From assembly GCA_963840855.1 (NCBI GenBank), contig CAWJBB010000041.1, forward strand, positions 224,001 to 288,000: DNA of 64,000 nt. Direction: 5' to 3'. This document shows positions 29,773 to 39,109 of this stretch, in pieces (the stretch's first letter is position 1; the number at the start of each line of letters is the position of its first letter). The DNA comes from an uncultured delta proteobacterium (GTDB taxonomy: Bacteria > Desulfobacterota > Binatia > UBA9968). The notes under the pieces are model-generated. The model worked only from the letters and a program-made list of their open reading frames with translations. It did not search any database and had not been told where the DNA came from. The position numbers and the translations under genes are program-made.

Positions 29773-30213
29773 TCAGGTGAGGTTGCGCCAGTAGTCCATA
29801 AACAAAGCGAACACTCTCTTGTTAATTTCATCACGTTCTTCGCGCAGGGTCGATAGGCCGGCCAAATCATTGTTTTGTGCCGCCCTGGAACTCGCAATGG
29901 CCCATTGTTTCACCTTGGCTCTGGCTGGCAGGGTGGCGCATTTCTTGTCAGCGCCGGCGAAGCTTACGATCAGGTCGATTTCATCTAACGGCACCTGGTC
30001 AACGCTTTTGGAATTTTGCGTCGACATGTTGATGCCGAGCTCTTGCATGACTTTGCGCACGGGCACGGGAATGTTGCCGGGGGTGACGCCGGCGCTGAAG
30101 ACGCGCACTTTGGGTGGCCCCAAGTGCTTCGCCACCGCTTCAGCCATCTGGCTCAAACGGGCGTTGTCCTGGTCCAGAAATAAGACGTTTCTCTGGCGAA
30201 TCTCGCGGCGCAT
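29773..30213 (-). CDS. ArsC/LMW-PTP-fold protein with degenerate active site
   Basis: NVLFLDQDNARLSQMAEA..VFSAG; the CX5R nucleophile Cys and the DP motif are absent. Confidence 0.8.
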   Translation of the reverse strand: MRREIRQRNVLFLDQDNARLSQMAEAVAKHLGPPKVRVFSAGVTPGNIPVPVRKVMQELGINMSTQNSKSVDQVPLDEIDLIVSFAGADKKCATLPARAKVKQWAIASSRAAQNNDLAGLSTLREERDEINKRVFALFMDYWRNLT

Positions 30214-30230
30214 GGAATACCTCCTGTGAA

Positions 30231-31778
30231 TTACCGAGTTGCGCTGTTTTTGGACTTTTCAAAAGCAACGTCGATATTAAAAACTTCCTGCATCAAGCTA
30301 GCCTTTTTCGCCGCCCGTTGGAAGTGTTCTTTGAGATTGGCCGCGGCGGAGGCGGCGATGATCAGCTCCTTCGAGTTTTTCTGCGCGCAGCTTACCGCTT
30401 TAACCGTTTGGTCATGGGTGAAATCCAGAGAGTCGGCGACGCGCAGAATAGCGCTCAGCTTGCGTACGATCTGTTGTTGATCGGGATGCAACTGGCTGAA
30501 GGCCAGGTGTTTTTGGCTCGGATGCGCTTTGCGGTGATAGCGCGCGACATTGGCGATGAGATCGAGATCAGTTCTGCTGAAGGAATTCATCGCCGAGCTT
30601 TTGATCAGGTAGTATGAATGCTTGTGGTGCTTGGGGTAGGCGACGAATAAGCCGATGTCGTGCAGGGTGGCCGCCGCATGCAGGACACTCGCGAATTTTT
30701 CCGGCAACTGGTGCAGGTCGTGGAGTTGATAGAAGAGATTTAACGCGAGCTGGCTCACGTGCTCGGCGTGAGCGCGGTCATAGAGGTATTTCTGGCACAC
30801 CTGTTCGAGGGACTCAGCCCGCTCCGCCCCGGCGTGCCAGGGTTCGGCGGCCGAATAATGGCGCTGCAACAAGTCCACCATCAGGCCGTCGCGCAGACCG
30901 CGTCGGCTAACGAAGAGGTAATCCAGTCCGGCTGCCGTCATGATTTCATGGAGCACCAATCCACCGGCAACGATGATGTCGGCGCGCCTGGGATCGCCGC
31001 TGATCATCGACGCGCGTTCAGAGGCGGGCAAGCCTTTCAATAATTCAAGCAAAGCTTTAAGCCGCGACCGGCGCAGGATGGCAAGTGAATCGGGTTTCGT
31101 GTCGCCGCCGACCAGGGTATCGGTTTCGGCCAGAGCGGTAACCGTTCCGCCGCTGCCAAACGCCATGGTGAATTTTTCTTTTTCAATGCGGCGCACCACC
31201 GGCTTGAGTTTTTCCTGAACCAGCTCGCGTAAATTCTTGATCTCGCGGTTGCGCGGCGGGTCGGTGGCGAGAAAGGCTTCGGTCAAGCGCACCGCCCCGA
31301 GGGGCAGGCTGAACAGGCAAAAGAGCGTACTGGTATTGGCCACGGAAAACTCGACGCTGCCGCCGCCAATGTCGAGGAAGAGCCCCAGGGGCAAATGAAA
31401 ACGCAACCCGCTCATGATGCCGAGACTGATGAGACGGGCTTCGTCTTCTTCCGAAATCACGTCCAGTGGGATGCCGGACTTGCGCGCGCGGCGAACGAAA
31501 GCTTTGCCGTCGCGCGCTTCACGCAGGGCGCTGGTGCCTACGGCGCGAACGGATTTCACGCGGTAGCGGTCGGCCAACGCGCGAAAATCACCGAGAACTT
31601 TTAGTGCGGCATCGGCGGTGCGGGGATCGAGTTTCCCAGTGCGGAAAACATCATGGCCCAATCGCACGGGCTGGCGTTCCTGCTCCAGAACTCGATATTG
31701 CTTCGGATGGTCGACGGCGGCAATCTGCAGACGCATCGCGTTACTGCCGACGTCAACGACGGCGAAATGGTCCGGCAT
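30231..31778 (-). CDS. ppx: Exopolyphosphatase Ppx/GppA with HD domain
   Basis: VDVGSN, TSALREA, DIGGGS, GLRDG, LHDIG..HHKHS. Confidence 0.95.
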   Translation of the reverse strand: MPDHFAVVDVGSNAMRLQIAAVDHPKQYRVLEQERQPVRLGHDVFRTGKLDPRTADAALKVLGDFRALADRYRVKSVRAVGTSALREARDGKAFVRRARKSGIPLDVISEEDEARLISLGIMSGLRFHLPLGLFLDIGGGSVEFSVANTSTLFCLFSLPLGAVRLTEAFLATDPPRNREIKNLRELVQEKLKPVVRRIEKEKFTMAFGSGGTVTALAETDTLVGGDTKPDSLAILRRSRLKALLELLKGLPASERASMISGDPRRADIIVAGGLVLHEIMTAAGLDYLFVSRRGLRDGLMVDLLQRHYSAAEPWHAGAERAESLEQVCQKYLYDRAHAEHVSQLALNLFYQLHDLHQLPEKFASVLHAAATLHDIGLFVAYPKHHKHSYYLIKSSAMNSFSRTDLDLIANVARYHRKAHPSQKHLAFSQLHPDQQQIVRKLSAILRVADSLDFTHDQTVKAVSCAQKNSKELIIAASAAANLKEHFQRAAKKASLMQEVFNIDVAFEKSKNSATR

Positions 31779-31820
31779 CGGCGGGTTTATACCATACTTT
31801 GCGCGCGGCCCGATCGCTCA

Positions 31821-31851
31821 AATGTTACAGCAATATTAAGTTTATGTGAAG
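31821..31851 (-). promoter_or_regulatory. Pho-box-like array upstream of ppx
   Basis: TGTTA 31823, TATTA 31834, TGTGA 31845 (11-bp period). Confidence 0.6.
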
Positions 31852-31976
31852 TGTTTTGAAAATGACGAGGTTCTCTGATGCCATACAGGGCCGGCGCCGC
31901 TCTGTGATACGATCGTTCAAAATTGGCGTAGCTTGTGCAAATTTTATGCGACCACCAGTCATGGTGCTAGCGTGTC

Positions 31977-32510
31977 TCATACGCTTTCGGCGCTCGGGCG
32001 CAACCCGCCACCAAATGACGCCGGAAAGAACTTGCCGCGCCATTGCTCGGAGGGCAAAGGAGGGGCGACCGAGAGCACTGGGCAGGGACTCATTCGGGTG
32101 ACTTTCTCGGTGATTCCCGCAGTGAATAACGTTCGCCACCCGCGCTGGCGGCGCGGCGAAAGGACTACGAGATCCGCCTTTTCTTCTGCCGCCATCGCGA
32201 CAATTTGCTCGGGAACGGATCCAAACACCAGGCGTTTGTGCAGTACGGGAACTTTGTTCAGCGAAGCGCTATGCGATTCCAGGAAGCGATTCAGTTCGGT
32301 CGTCGCTTGGTTGAGCATGCGGTCCAGGGGCCAGGTTCCCGTATAACCGAAGGCGTCATCGTGAAGCTCCCAGGCCGCAAATTCATTGGCGACGTGCATG
32401 ATGAAGAGTCGGCCTTTGTTTTCCAGCGCCAGCCAAGCCGCATACTCAACGGCGTGCCGCGATCCTTCCGATAGATCCGTGGGCACGATAATTTTTTCAA
32501 CCGGCTTCAT
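31977..32510 (-). CDS. Universal stress protein
   Basis: KIIVPTDLS, ADLVVL and CPVLSV. Confidence 0.9.
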   Translation of the reverse strand: MKPVEKIIVPTDLSEGSRHAVEYAAWLALENKGRLFIMHVANEFAAWELHDDAFGYTGTWPLDRMLNQATTELNRFLESHSASLNKVPVLHKRLVFGSVPEQIVAMAAEEKADLVVLSPRRQRGWRTLFTAGITEKVTRMSPCPVLSVAPPLPSEQWRGKFFPASFGGGLRPSAESV

Positions 32511-32589
32511 AAAACCTCCATTATTCTGATTTTAGAGGTATATTAGGCTTCCCATGTTATTAGCGAATGACGCGGCCGTGATGCTTCGG

Positions 32590-33147
32590 TTAAACTCGTG
32601 GTGCCATCGAGTTTGGGTTGCCTGCGGCGAGGCCGGGAACCGGCGCGTACTCGAAGACCGGCAGTAAAAGATCGCATTTCAATATGCCACGCCTGGATTC
32701 CAGGCAAATTACCAACTTCCCGCCGCCTTTATTCTTCGGCCCAAAGATACCGAGGCGGGTATCCGAGTTGTCTACTCCGACCCATTCCTCCAAACGGTAG
32801 CCGACACCGGTGAAGATATCTTCGATTAACGGCTCGCTCCGTTTCAGTCCCCGTCCGGACACTCGGAGTTGCACCCAATAGGAGGGGTGCACGCCGACAA
32901 AGTCATTTATGTCCTTGAGCTCGGCGCGGCGCCTGAGCAGCACTTCAACCGCCGCGTCGGGGTTGTTGCTGAGCAAGGCTTCATAAAGAAAGAGCCGGAC
33001 GAACTCTTGTAGGCTTCCGTCGCCCCAAGCAAGCTGCGAGATGCTTGGGGAGAGCATGACGAAAACGAGCGGTTTTACGCCGATACGATTCTGCGTGAAT
33101 CGAGCGATGGTTTGCTGGATTACCAATTCGAAATCGACCTTTTCCAT
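32590..33147 (-). CDS. Hypothetical protein, possibly a degenerate HATPase_c-like fold
   Basis: Strong RBS; WGD..LQ...EAL and WVQLRVSG.G pattern without N/G boxes. Confidence 0.6.
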   Translation of the reverse strand: MEKVDFELVIQQTIARFTQNRIGVKPLVFVMLSPSISQLAWGDGSLQEFVRLFLYEALLSNNPDAAVEVLLRRRAELKDINDFVGVHPSYWVQLRVSGRGLKRSEPLIEDIFTGVGYRLEEWVGVDNSDTRLGIFGPKNKGGGKLVICLESRRGILKCDLLLPVFEYAPVPGLAAGNPNSMAPRV

Positions 33148-33268
33148 AATCCCTCCTTTTGAGAGTTTTGACCTATAATGAGCCGACGTTTGTTAGTGAC
33201 AGATGAAGCAAGCATTAAATGCGGACGAAGTTTTTTGATGCAAGAACTCCAGCCGATGGAACGCGGAG

Positions 33269-33304
33269 AAAAAGACAGGGGCCCCCTTCCGAGAGGGGCC
33301 CCTG
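33269..33304 (-). terminator. Rho-independent terminator after the PhoX-like gene
   Basis: CAGGGGCCCC hairpin followed by TCTTTTT on the minus strand. Confidence 0.7.
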
Positions 33305-33413
33305 GGGGGACGCGAGGTCCCGCAGTGGTGGGAGAGGAGGCGCACTTTCTAATCCATCATAAAGCCGGCTGGTTGCAGCGCCGAGCGCGGCCGGCCGCTG
33401 CGCGAATGGTCAT

Positions 33414-35097
33414 CTAATCGTTGTCATCGTCATCGCGATCATGGTTTCGGCCGCCGCCAATGCGCGGATCTACGTACATCGCCAAGAGTTGCCCGCCCTC
33501 GACGAGTTCCGGATCCAGGCTGGCCTTGTGAACTTGGACATCGAGCAGAAACCAGCCCTTGCCCAGGATATGTTCCGCATCGATGAGGCCGGAGGATTCC
33601 TCGTCATTGGTTATAAACGATGAATTGTTCAAGATGGCAGGGTCGAAAAACTTTCGGGTTATGTTCGGCCACCTGGATGAATTTCGCGGCGTCGATATCG
33701 TATAGCCAGATCTTGGCGATACGGTTGTTGCCACCCGGATCCTCATCCATCAAGATGCGGCCCCGATGATCGATGGTCGACGTTGTCGAGCATGCCGTGA
33801 CCTTCGTCTCCGCGCAGCAAGATCTCTATTTTACCGCCTTTCTTCGGGCTGTTCGATGTCGTCGAAGCGAAGATGCCAGAGCCGGCAGTTTTGCGGTGAG
33901 GCTCGCCGTGGTGACGAAATAGAAGTGATTCCTGCGGCTGCGGGTCCCAGGCGCCGTCCTCGACCCGCTGCAGGCGCGCAACGCCGCCGCTGATGGACAG
34001 ACCTTCGATCTCGACCGGCGGTGAGTCCGCTCACGTCCCCCAATTCCATCAAACCGAATCTTCCTTCGCCGACGAACCCCGAGGCCAGCGTCCCTAGCCC
34101 GAAGTCGTTGCTTTCCTCGGTGACCGGCTGGCCCTTTACGGAAATCGTCAAGCCGTAGAGTTTGCCGTTGGTCAGACCGGCTTCTTCGATCGGGTGTCCG
34201 TGGCGCCTCTTCCTGCCGATATAGAAGTATACTTCGCTGGGAACGTTGCTGGTGATCTGTGGCGCTGTCAAAATGGAGCTGTCATCGAGCAGCGCTACGA
34301 TGGTTTTTTCCTGGGGATATGGGCTGGCAACGGCGTTCTCAAAGGCCATGCGTCCCAGCCGGGGCAACTCGATTGCTTCTCCTGAATGGTTGCCGGTGGC
34401 GATGCGCGCCCAGGCGCGCCCCTGTTCCGTCAACAGGTCCATTGACAACGGTGCTTGTCTCTTCACCGTTCAGATAAATGCGCTCTTTAGTCCCCAAATC
34501 TCGATAGTGGTAAGCGCCTTCCTTGGCCAAGTCGCCGGAGCAGAACCGCGACCACGTGGTCGTACCTTCGAGATACTGGTGCGTCGCGTTGTCCCAATTA
34601 AAAACGTCATTCGGTGATTCGGTGAAGTCGCTGTCCTTTGCGCACTTTGAGCGACCTCCGATCGATGGTCCAACGGGAAGACGAACGCGCCCTTTGAGCC
34701 GTGCTTTCGGACGGCGCCGACCGTGCCTGCTAATTCGTGATTCATGATAACAGTGAATTTATCCCAATCGCTGTTGAATGCGCCCAAGCCGTCCGGGATT
34801 CCCACCATGCGGTAGCCGTCGATCACGTCACCGACGGTTAGGATCGAGACCAACTTCACTCCGGGGACGCTGGGGATCATATACGGCTCGGTGGTCGTAC
34901 TCGGGCCGATACTCCCGAAGTGGCCGTCGGCCTGACGACTTGCGCGGCGTCAATATAGTCGGGCCTGCGATCAACAAGGGCGCCGTCGCCAGGGCTCCCT
35001 TGAGAAACATGCGCCGGCCCATTTTCCCCCGCGCGATTTTACCGGGGGAATCACCGGCGTCGCCGCGCACCGCCTCACTTTTCATTTTTTTCTGCAT
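33414..35097 (-). CDS. Tat-exported PhoX/DUF839-like beta-propeller phosphatase (multiple frameshifts)
   Basis: GRRMFLK Tat motif; GIPDGLGA, MNHE, LNGEE, ENAVA, EESSGLID and EGGQL pieces across frames. Confidence 0.75.
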
Positions 35098-35152
35098 GCT
35101 TTTCCTCCTCGTAGAATTTTATCTTTCGACGGCCGAATCAATACGCTTGATC

Positions 35153-35191
35153 GATGAACGGCGGGTGACGGCGATGCAAAGATTCGGTTAA
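35153..35191 (-). promoter_or_regulatory. Degenerate Pho-box-like array upstream of the PhoX-like gene
   Basis: Minus-strand TTAACC, TTTGCA, GTCACC, TTCATC at 11-bp spacing. Confidence 0.5.
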
Positions 35192-35239
35192 GACAACAGT
35201 GGAATCTGGCAAAAATTGGCTTTATAAGTTGGATTCACT

Positions 35240-36494
35240 ATGCGCGGTTTAATCTGGAAGCTCTTGGGAGCCGATGGGCTGGCGCCGGAGTCGAGAAAAA
35301 AACTTGGCGTGGTGGCGCTCCTTTATTTCATCCAAGGCGCGCCGGCGGCGATTCTGTGGGAGCTCCTGCCGGTCTATTTCCGGATCAACGGCGTGTCGCT
35401 GCGCGCCATCGGCGGGCTGCGGCTGCTAGAGCTTCCCTATTCGTTAAAAGTGTTCTGGTCGCCGCTGGTGCACCGCTACGGTGACAGGCGCCTGTGGATG
35501 TTGGGCTGTATGCTGGGCATCGCCGCTGTATTGTTCGCCTTGCCGTGGGTCGACGTCGGCGAGGGTCGGTTGGATCGTGCTGCTGCTCATCCTGGCGCTG
35601 ACGACTCTGTCGGCAACCCAGGACGTCGCCATCGATTCCTATTCCGTCGGATTGGTGCGGCGCGAGGAGGAGGGCGCCGCCAATGGCGTGCGCGCTTCGG
35701 CTTATCGGGTGGCATTGGTGTTCGCCGGAGGCGGGTTGGTTTTTCTTGCCGCCGTGTTGGAGTGGAACGCGCTGTTTATTATAGCGGGAGTCGTCTTCGC
35801 GTTGCTCGGCATCGCGACGCTGGCAGTGCCACGTTTGAATTTACCGGAACAGGCGCGCGCCCACTGGTTGCAAGGATTTTGGCAATGGGCGGGCACATGG
35901 CGCATCATACCGCTGGTGCTTTTTGTGCTGACTTACAAGCTCGGCGAATTCGCCATCGGCCCGATGGTCAAGCCGTTCTGGGTCGATTACGGCAAGAACA
36001 TCTGGCCCGCGCAGGAAGATTTGATGTTTCAGATCGGACTTTTCCCCACTACCTTCGGCATCGCACTGAGCGTCGTCGGCGCCTTGATGGGCGGGGCGTT
36101 CATCTCGCGCTACGGCATTTTTCGCAGCGTCTGGTTCCTGGGCTTGCTCCAGGCCGTGTCCAACCTCGGCTATTCTTTCGTCCAGTGGCTGGACCTTGGC
36201 CGTTACGGCCTTTATGGCGCGTCGATGTTCGAGTCGCTGAGCGGCGGTCTGGGCACGGCGGCATTTTTGGCTTTCTTGATGAATGTTTGCCAGAAGGAAC
36301 ATGCCACGGTGCAATATGCGTTTCTGTCTTCGATTTTTTCTCTTACCGGCCGGCTGATCGGCGCCATCAGCGGACTCGGAGCGGAGCGCTACGGCTACGG
36401 CAACTATTTCGCTTTGACTTTCTTGTTATCGATGCCGGCCTATTTGCTTTTGCCGTGGGTCAGAGCGTGGATTCAAGAGGACCGCCGTTCCTGA
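35240..36494 (+). CDS. AmpG-family MFS permease (frameshift near 35560)
   Basis: LYFIQG, LPYSLK.FWSPLV, SATQDVAID, ATVQYAFLSS. Confidence 0.88.
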
Positions 36495-37464
36495 GGTGAT
36501 GCTTTACTTTCCATTTTTCCAGCTCGCGCAGGAGCAGTTTCCAACCGGCGATTTCTCGCTGCGGTCGCACCAGAGTAGCGGCCCGCTCGCAGGCTCGTTT
36601 CAGCGATTGATAGAACGCATGATCGTATTCGGCGCGCAAGAATAACTCGGCGAGCGCCATCGTGTCGCCGACGGGAAAATAGCCGGGATACTCCTTGCCC
36701 AGGGTACCTATCAAGCCGGGTATTTTTGACGCAATGACGGGCACCGACGAAGCCAGCGCTTCGGACAAAACATTGGAGCTTCCTTCCATGCGTGACGTGA
36801 TCGCCAGCAAGTGGCTGCGCGCGAGCACGCGGCGGGTCATCCAATAGGGCAGCTCGCCGACCCAACTGTAGCGCGGGTTGGTAGAGGCCTCGGCTTGGGC
36901 CTGTTTACCGAGAGCCGAGTCTAACGCCTTGCCGACATGCAACACTTCGAGACTGGAAAAGCCAGGGATCTCGCGTGCCGCCAGTGCCGCGCGCATCGGG
37001 TCCTTCTCCTCGCGCAGATGGCCGATGACGCAGACTCTGAAGGGTTTGGCTTTCTTCGGCGCTGAGATTTTGTGGGGATCGGCAGATTGGTAAATGATGC
37101 GGGTCTTGGCGTGATAATGCTTAGGCAATTCAGTGAGAGCCTGTTTTTGCAGCGCAATAAGGCGAGTAGCGAGCTTTAATGAATATTGTGCTTCAGCATC
37201 GCCGTGAATATCCCGGTAGACGTCGGTGCCCGTCAAAACGACGACCAGAGGCAGGTCTGGATGAAGCTCGTGGAACGTCAGAATCGATTTGTGACTGCGC
37301 CGGGCATGGAGCGCGACCATTAAATCACAGGACGCGCCGGAGTAGCGTTGGACGACGTCGACTTTATGGCCCAGGCCGCGCAAGATGCGCGACCAGCGCA
37401 CTGCTGTGATCTTATTGCCATTGTTCAAACGCAATGGCGCGGGCGTGACGAGTTGTATTTTCAC
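36460..37464 (-). CDS. senB: Selenosugar synthase SenB-type glycosyltransferase
   Basis: NGN..TA.RW, ALHARRS, VLTGTD.YRD, GHLREEKDP, SRMEG; downstream of senA. Confidence 0.88.
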   Translation of the reverse strand: MKIQLVTPAPLRLNNGNKITAVRWSRILRGLGHKVDVVQRYSGASCDLMVALHARRSHKSILTFHELHPDLPLVVVLTGTDVYRDIHGDAEAQYSLKLATRLIALQKQALTELPKHYHAKTRIIYQSADPHKISAPKKAKPFRVCVIGHLREEKDPMRAALAAREIPGFSSLEVLHVGKALDSALGKQAQAEASTNPRYSWVGELPYWMTRRVLARSHLLAITSRMEGSSNVLSEALASSVPVIASKIPGLIGTLGKEYPGYFPVGDTMALAELFLRAEYDHAFYQSLKRACERAATLVRPQREIAGWKLLLRELEKWKVKHHLRNGGPLESTL

Positions 37465-37473
37465 GGTTTCCAG

Positions 37474-38880
37474 CTATCTCGCGCAAGTTCGAAATCCGGC
37501 CCAGACGTCGCGGCGGTCCGGGGTGTAAAAATTTCTCCAGGTGTTGCGGATGAGCAGCAGAGAAGTTGCCCAGCAGCCGCCACGCAGAACTTTATGAGTA
37601 CCGAACCACGGCTTCGAGTATTCCTTATAAGGATCTACCGTAAACCCCGGATAGGGCAGAAAATCGTCTGCTGTCCACTCCCAAACGTTGCCGATCATCT
37701 GGCGGCAGCCAAAAGCGCTGTCGCCGGCCTCATGGGCGCCGACATCGACGAGACCGCCGGCGCGCCAATCCAAGTTGGCGCGTTCCTCCGTGGACGGACT
37801 GTCGCCCCAGGGAAAATGGCGCCGTCGCGCACTGAGCGAGTTGCGCGCCTCAATGGGTTCACCCGACGCGGCCACTTCCCACTCCGCTTCCGTCGGCAGG
37901 CGGCGTCCAGCCCAGTTGCAATAGGCGTCGGCCTCGAACCAACTGACGTGAACCACCGGAAGATTTTCCTGCAGCGGCACCTGCTGATTGAAAACTCTCT
38001 GTTGCCAGGCGCCGTCGGCCGCTTTCCGCCAGTAGATCGGGTGTTCAAGTTTTTCTTTAAATTCTGATATCTCGGTTTTTTCGTCGAGCGCTTGATTGAA
38101 AAACTTCGCCAATGATCGCTCAAGCTGGGGCGCGCCGCCGGTCTCAAGCCAGCGCCAGCCTTCTCGGTTCCAATATTGTCTTTTGCGATACCCGCCGTCC
38201 TCGACGAAGGCGAGATATTCCCCGTTGGTCACCGCCGCCCGGGCGATATGGAAGGGTTTGATATCGACTTGATGCGCCCATTTCTCGTTGTCGAACACGA
38301 ATGGAAACTCCGGCGTGGCGCCGACGAGAAATGTCCCGCCGGGAATTTTCACGTCGCCGCGGCAAGGGCCGCCGCCGGACTTTGGCATTATTTCATGGTC
38401 GGCCAATCGCGGCGCCGGATAACCAAGTGTCTGGCGCGTATAGGCCAGGGCTTCGGCGTGCATCGCCTCGTGAAAGCTGACGAGTAGATAAAAGTAAAGT
38501 GTATCTTTAGAAATCTTGTCCGACCGTTCAAGCCGTTCGATGCTCTCAGCCAGCACCGACTCCATATATCGAATGGTGGCGTCGCGCCCGGGCAGGCGCA
38601 GCTCCCAGCGCGCGTCGTGCGCAACGTCGGTGGAGTTGTAGAGCTGGTCGCCGTTTTCCAGCAGTGGTTTTCGTTTATATAAGTGGCGCAGCGTCCAGAA
38701 CTCCTGTGTCCACGCGACATGGCCGATTTCCCATAGGGGCGGATTGACGATGGATAGGCGCGGCCCGATCATCTGGCGATCGTCAAGATCTTCGACGAGA
38801 GCAAGTGTGCGGTCGCGAAATGCGCGCATAACGCCGATGATCTCGCGAGAATTCAATTGGGCGGGACACATACTAGCCAC
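37474..38880 (-). CDS. senA: Selenoneine synthase SenA / EgtB-family non-heme iron enzyme
   Basis: NPPLWEIGH, HEAMHAE iron motif, FGE-like C-terminus (RLPTEAEWE, GFRTC); adjacent to senB. Confidence 0.85.
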   Translation of the reverse strand: MASMCPAQLNSREIIGVMRAFRDRTLALVEDLDDRQMIGPRLSIVNPPLWEIGHVAWTQEFWTLRHLYKRKPLLENGDQLYNSTDVAHDARWELRLPGRDATIRYMESVLAESIERLERSDKISKDTLYFYLLVSFHEAMHAEALAYTRQTLGYPAPRLADHEIMPKSGGGPCRGDVKIPGGTFLVGATPEFPFVFDNEKWAHQVDIKPFHIARAAVTNGEYLAFVEDGGYRKRQYWNREGWRWLETGGAPQLERSLAKFFNQALDEKTEISEFKEKLEHPIYWRKAADGAWQQRVFNQQVPLQENLPVVHVSWFEADAYCNWAGRRLPTEAEWEVAASGEPIEARNSLSARRRHFPWGDSPSTEERANLDWRAGGLVDVGAHEAGDSAFGCRQMIGNVWEWTADDFLPYPGFTVDPYKEYSKPWFGTHKVLRGGCWATSLLLIRNTWRNFYTPDRRDVWAGFRTCAR

Positions 38881-39109
38881 AGCAAATACTTATGACAGTG
38901 TAGGGGATGACTCAATGACAAGTAGGTTCAAAGTTCAAGGCTTGCCCCCGTTCGGCGCTTTGAACCTTAAACGTTGAACTTTGAACTTGCATCAATTCGG
39001 CAGAAATTTCGCCGCCAACTTGTGGAACTGGTTTGCTTGCTCCTTAGGGATTGTAATCTCTAGCTCTTCATTTAGCGCAAATCCCGCCGCCTGACAATCC
39101 GAAAGGAGG

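Noticed and set aside
37474-38880. Ordinary ergothioneine EgtB
   Set aside because: Direct linkage to a senB-type glycosyltransferase and absence of adjacent egtD favour SenA.
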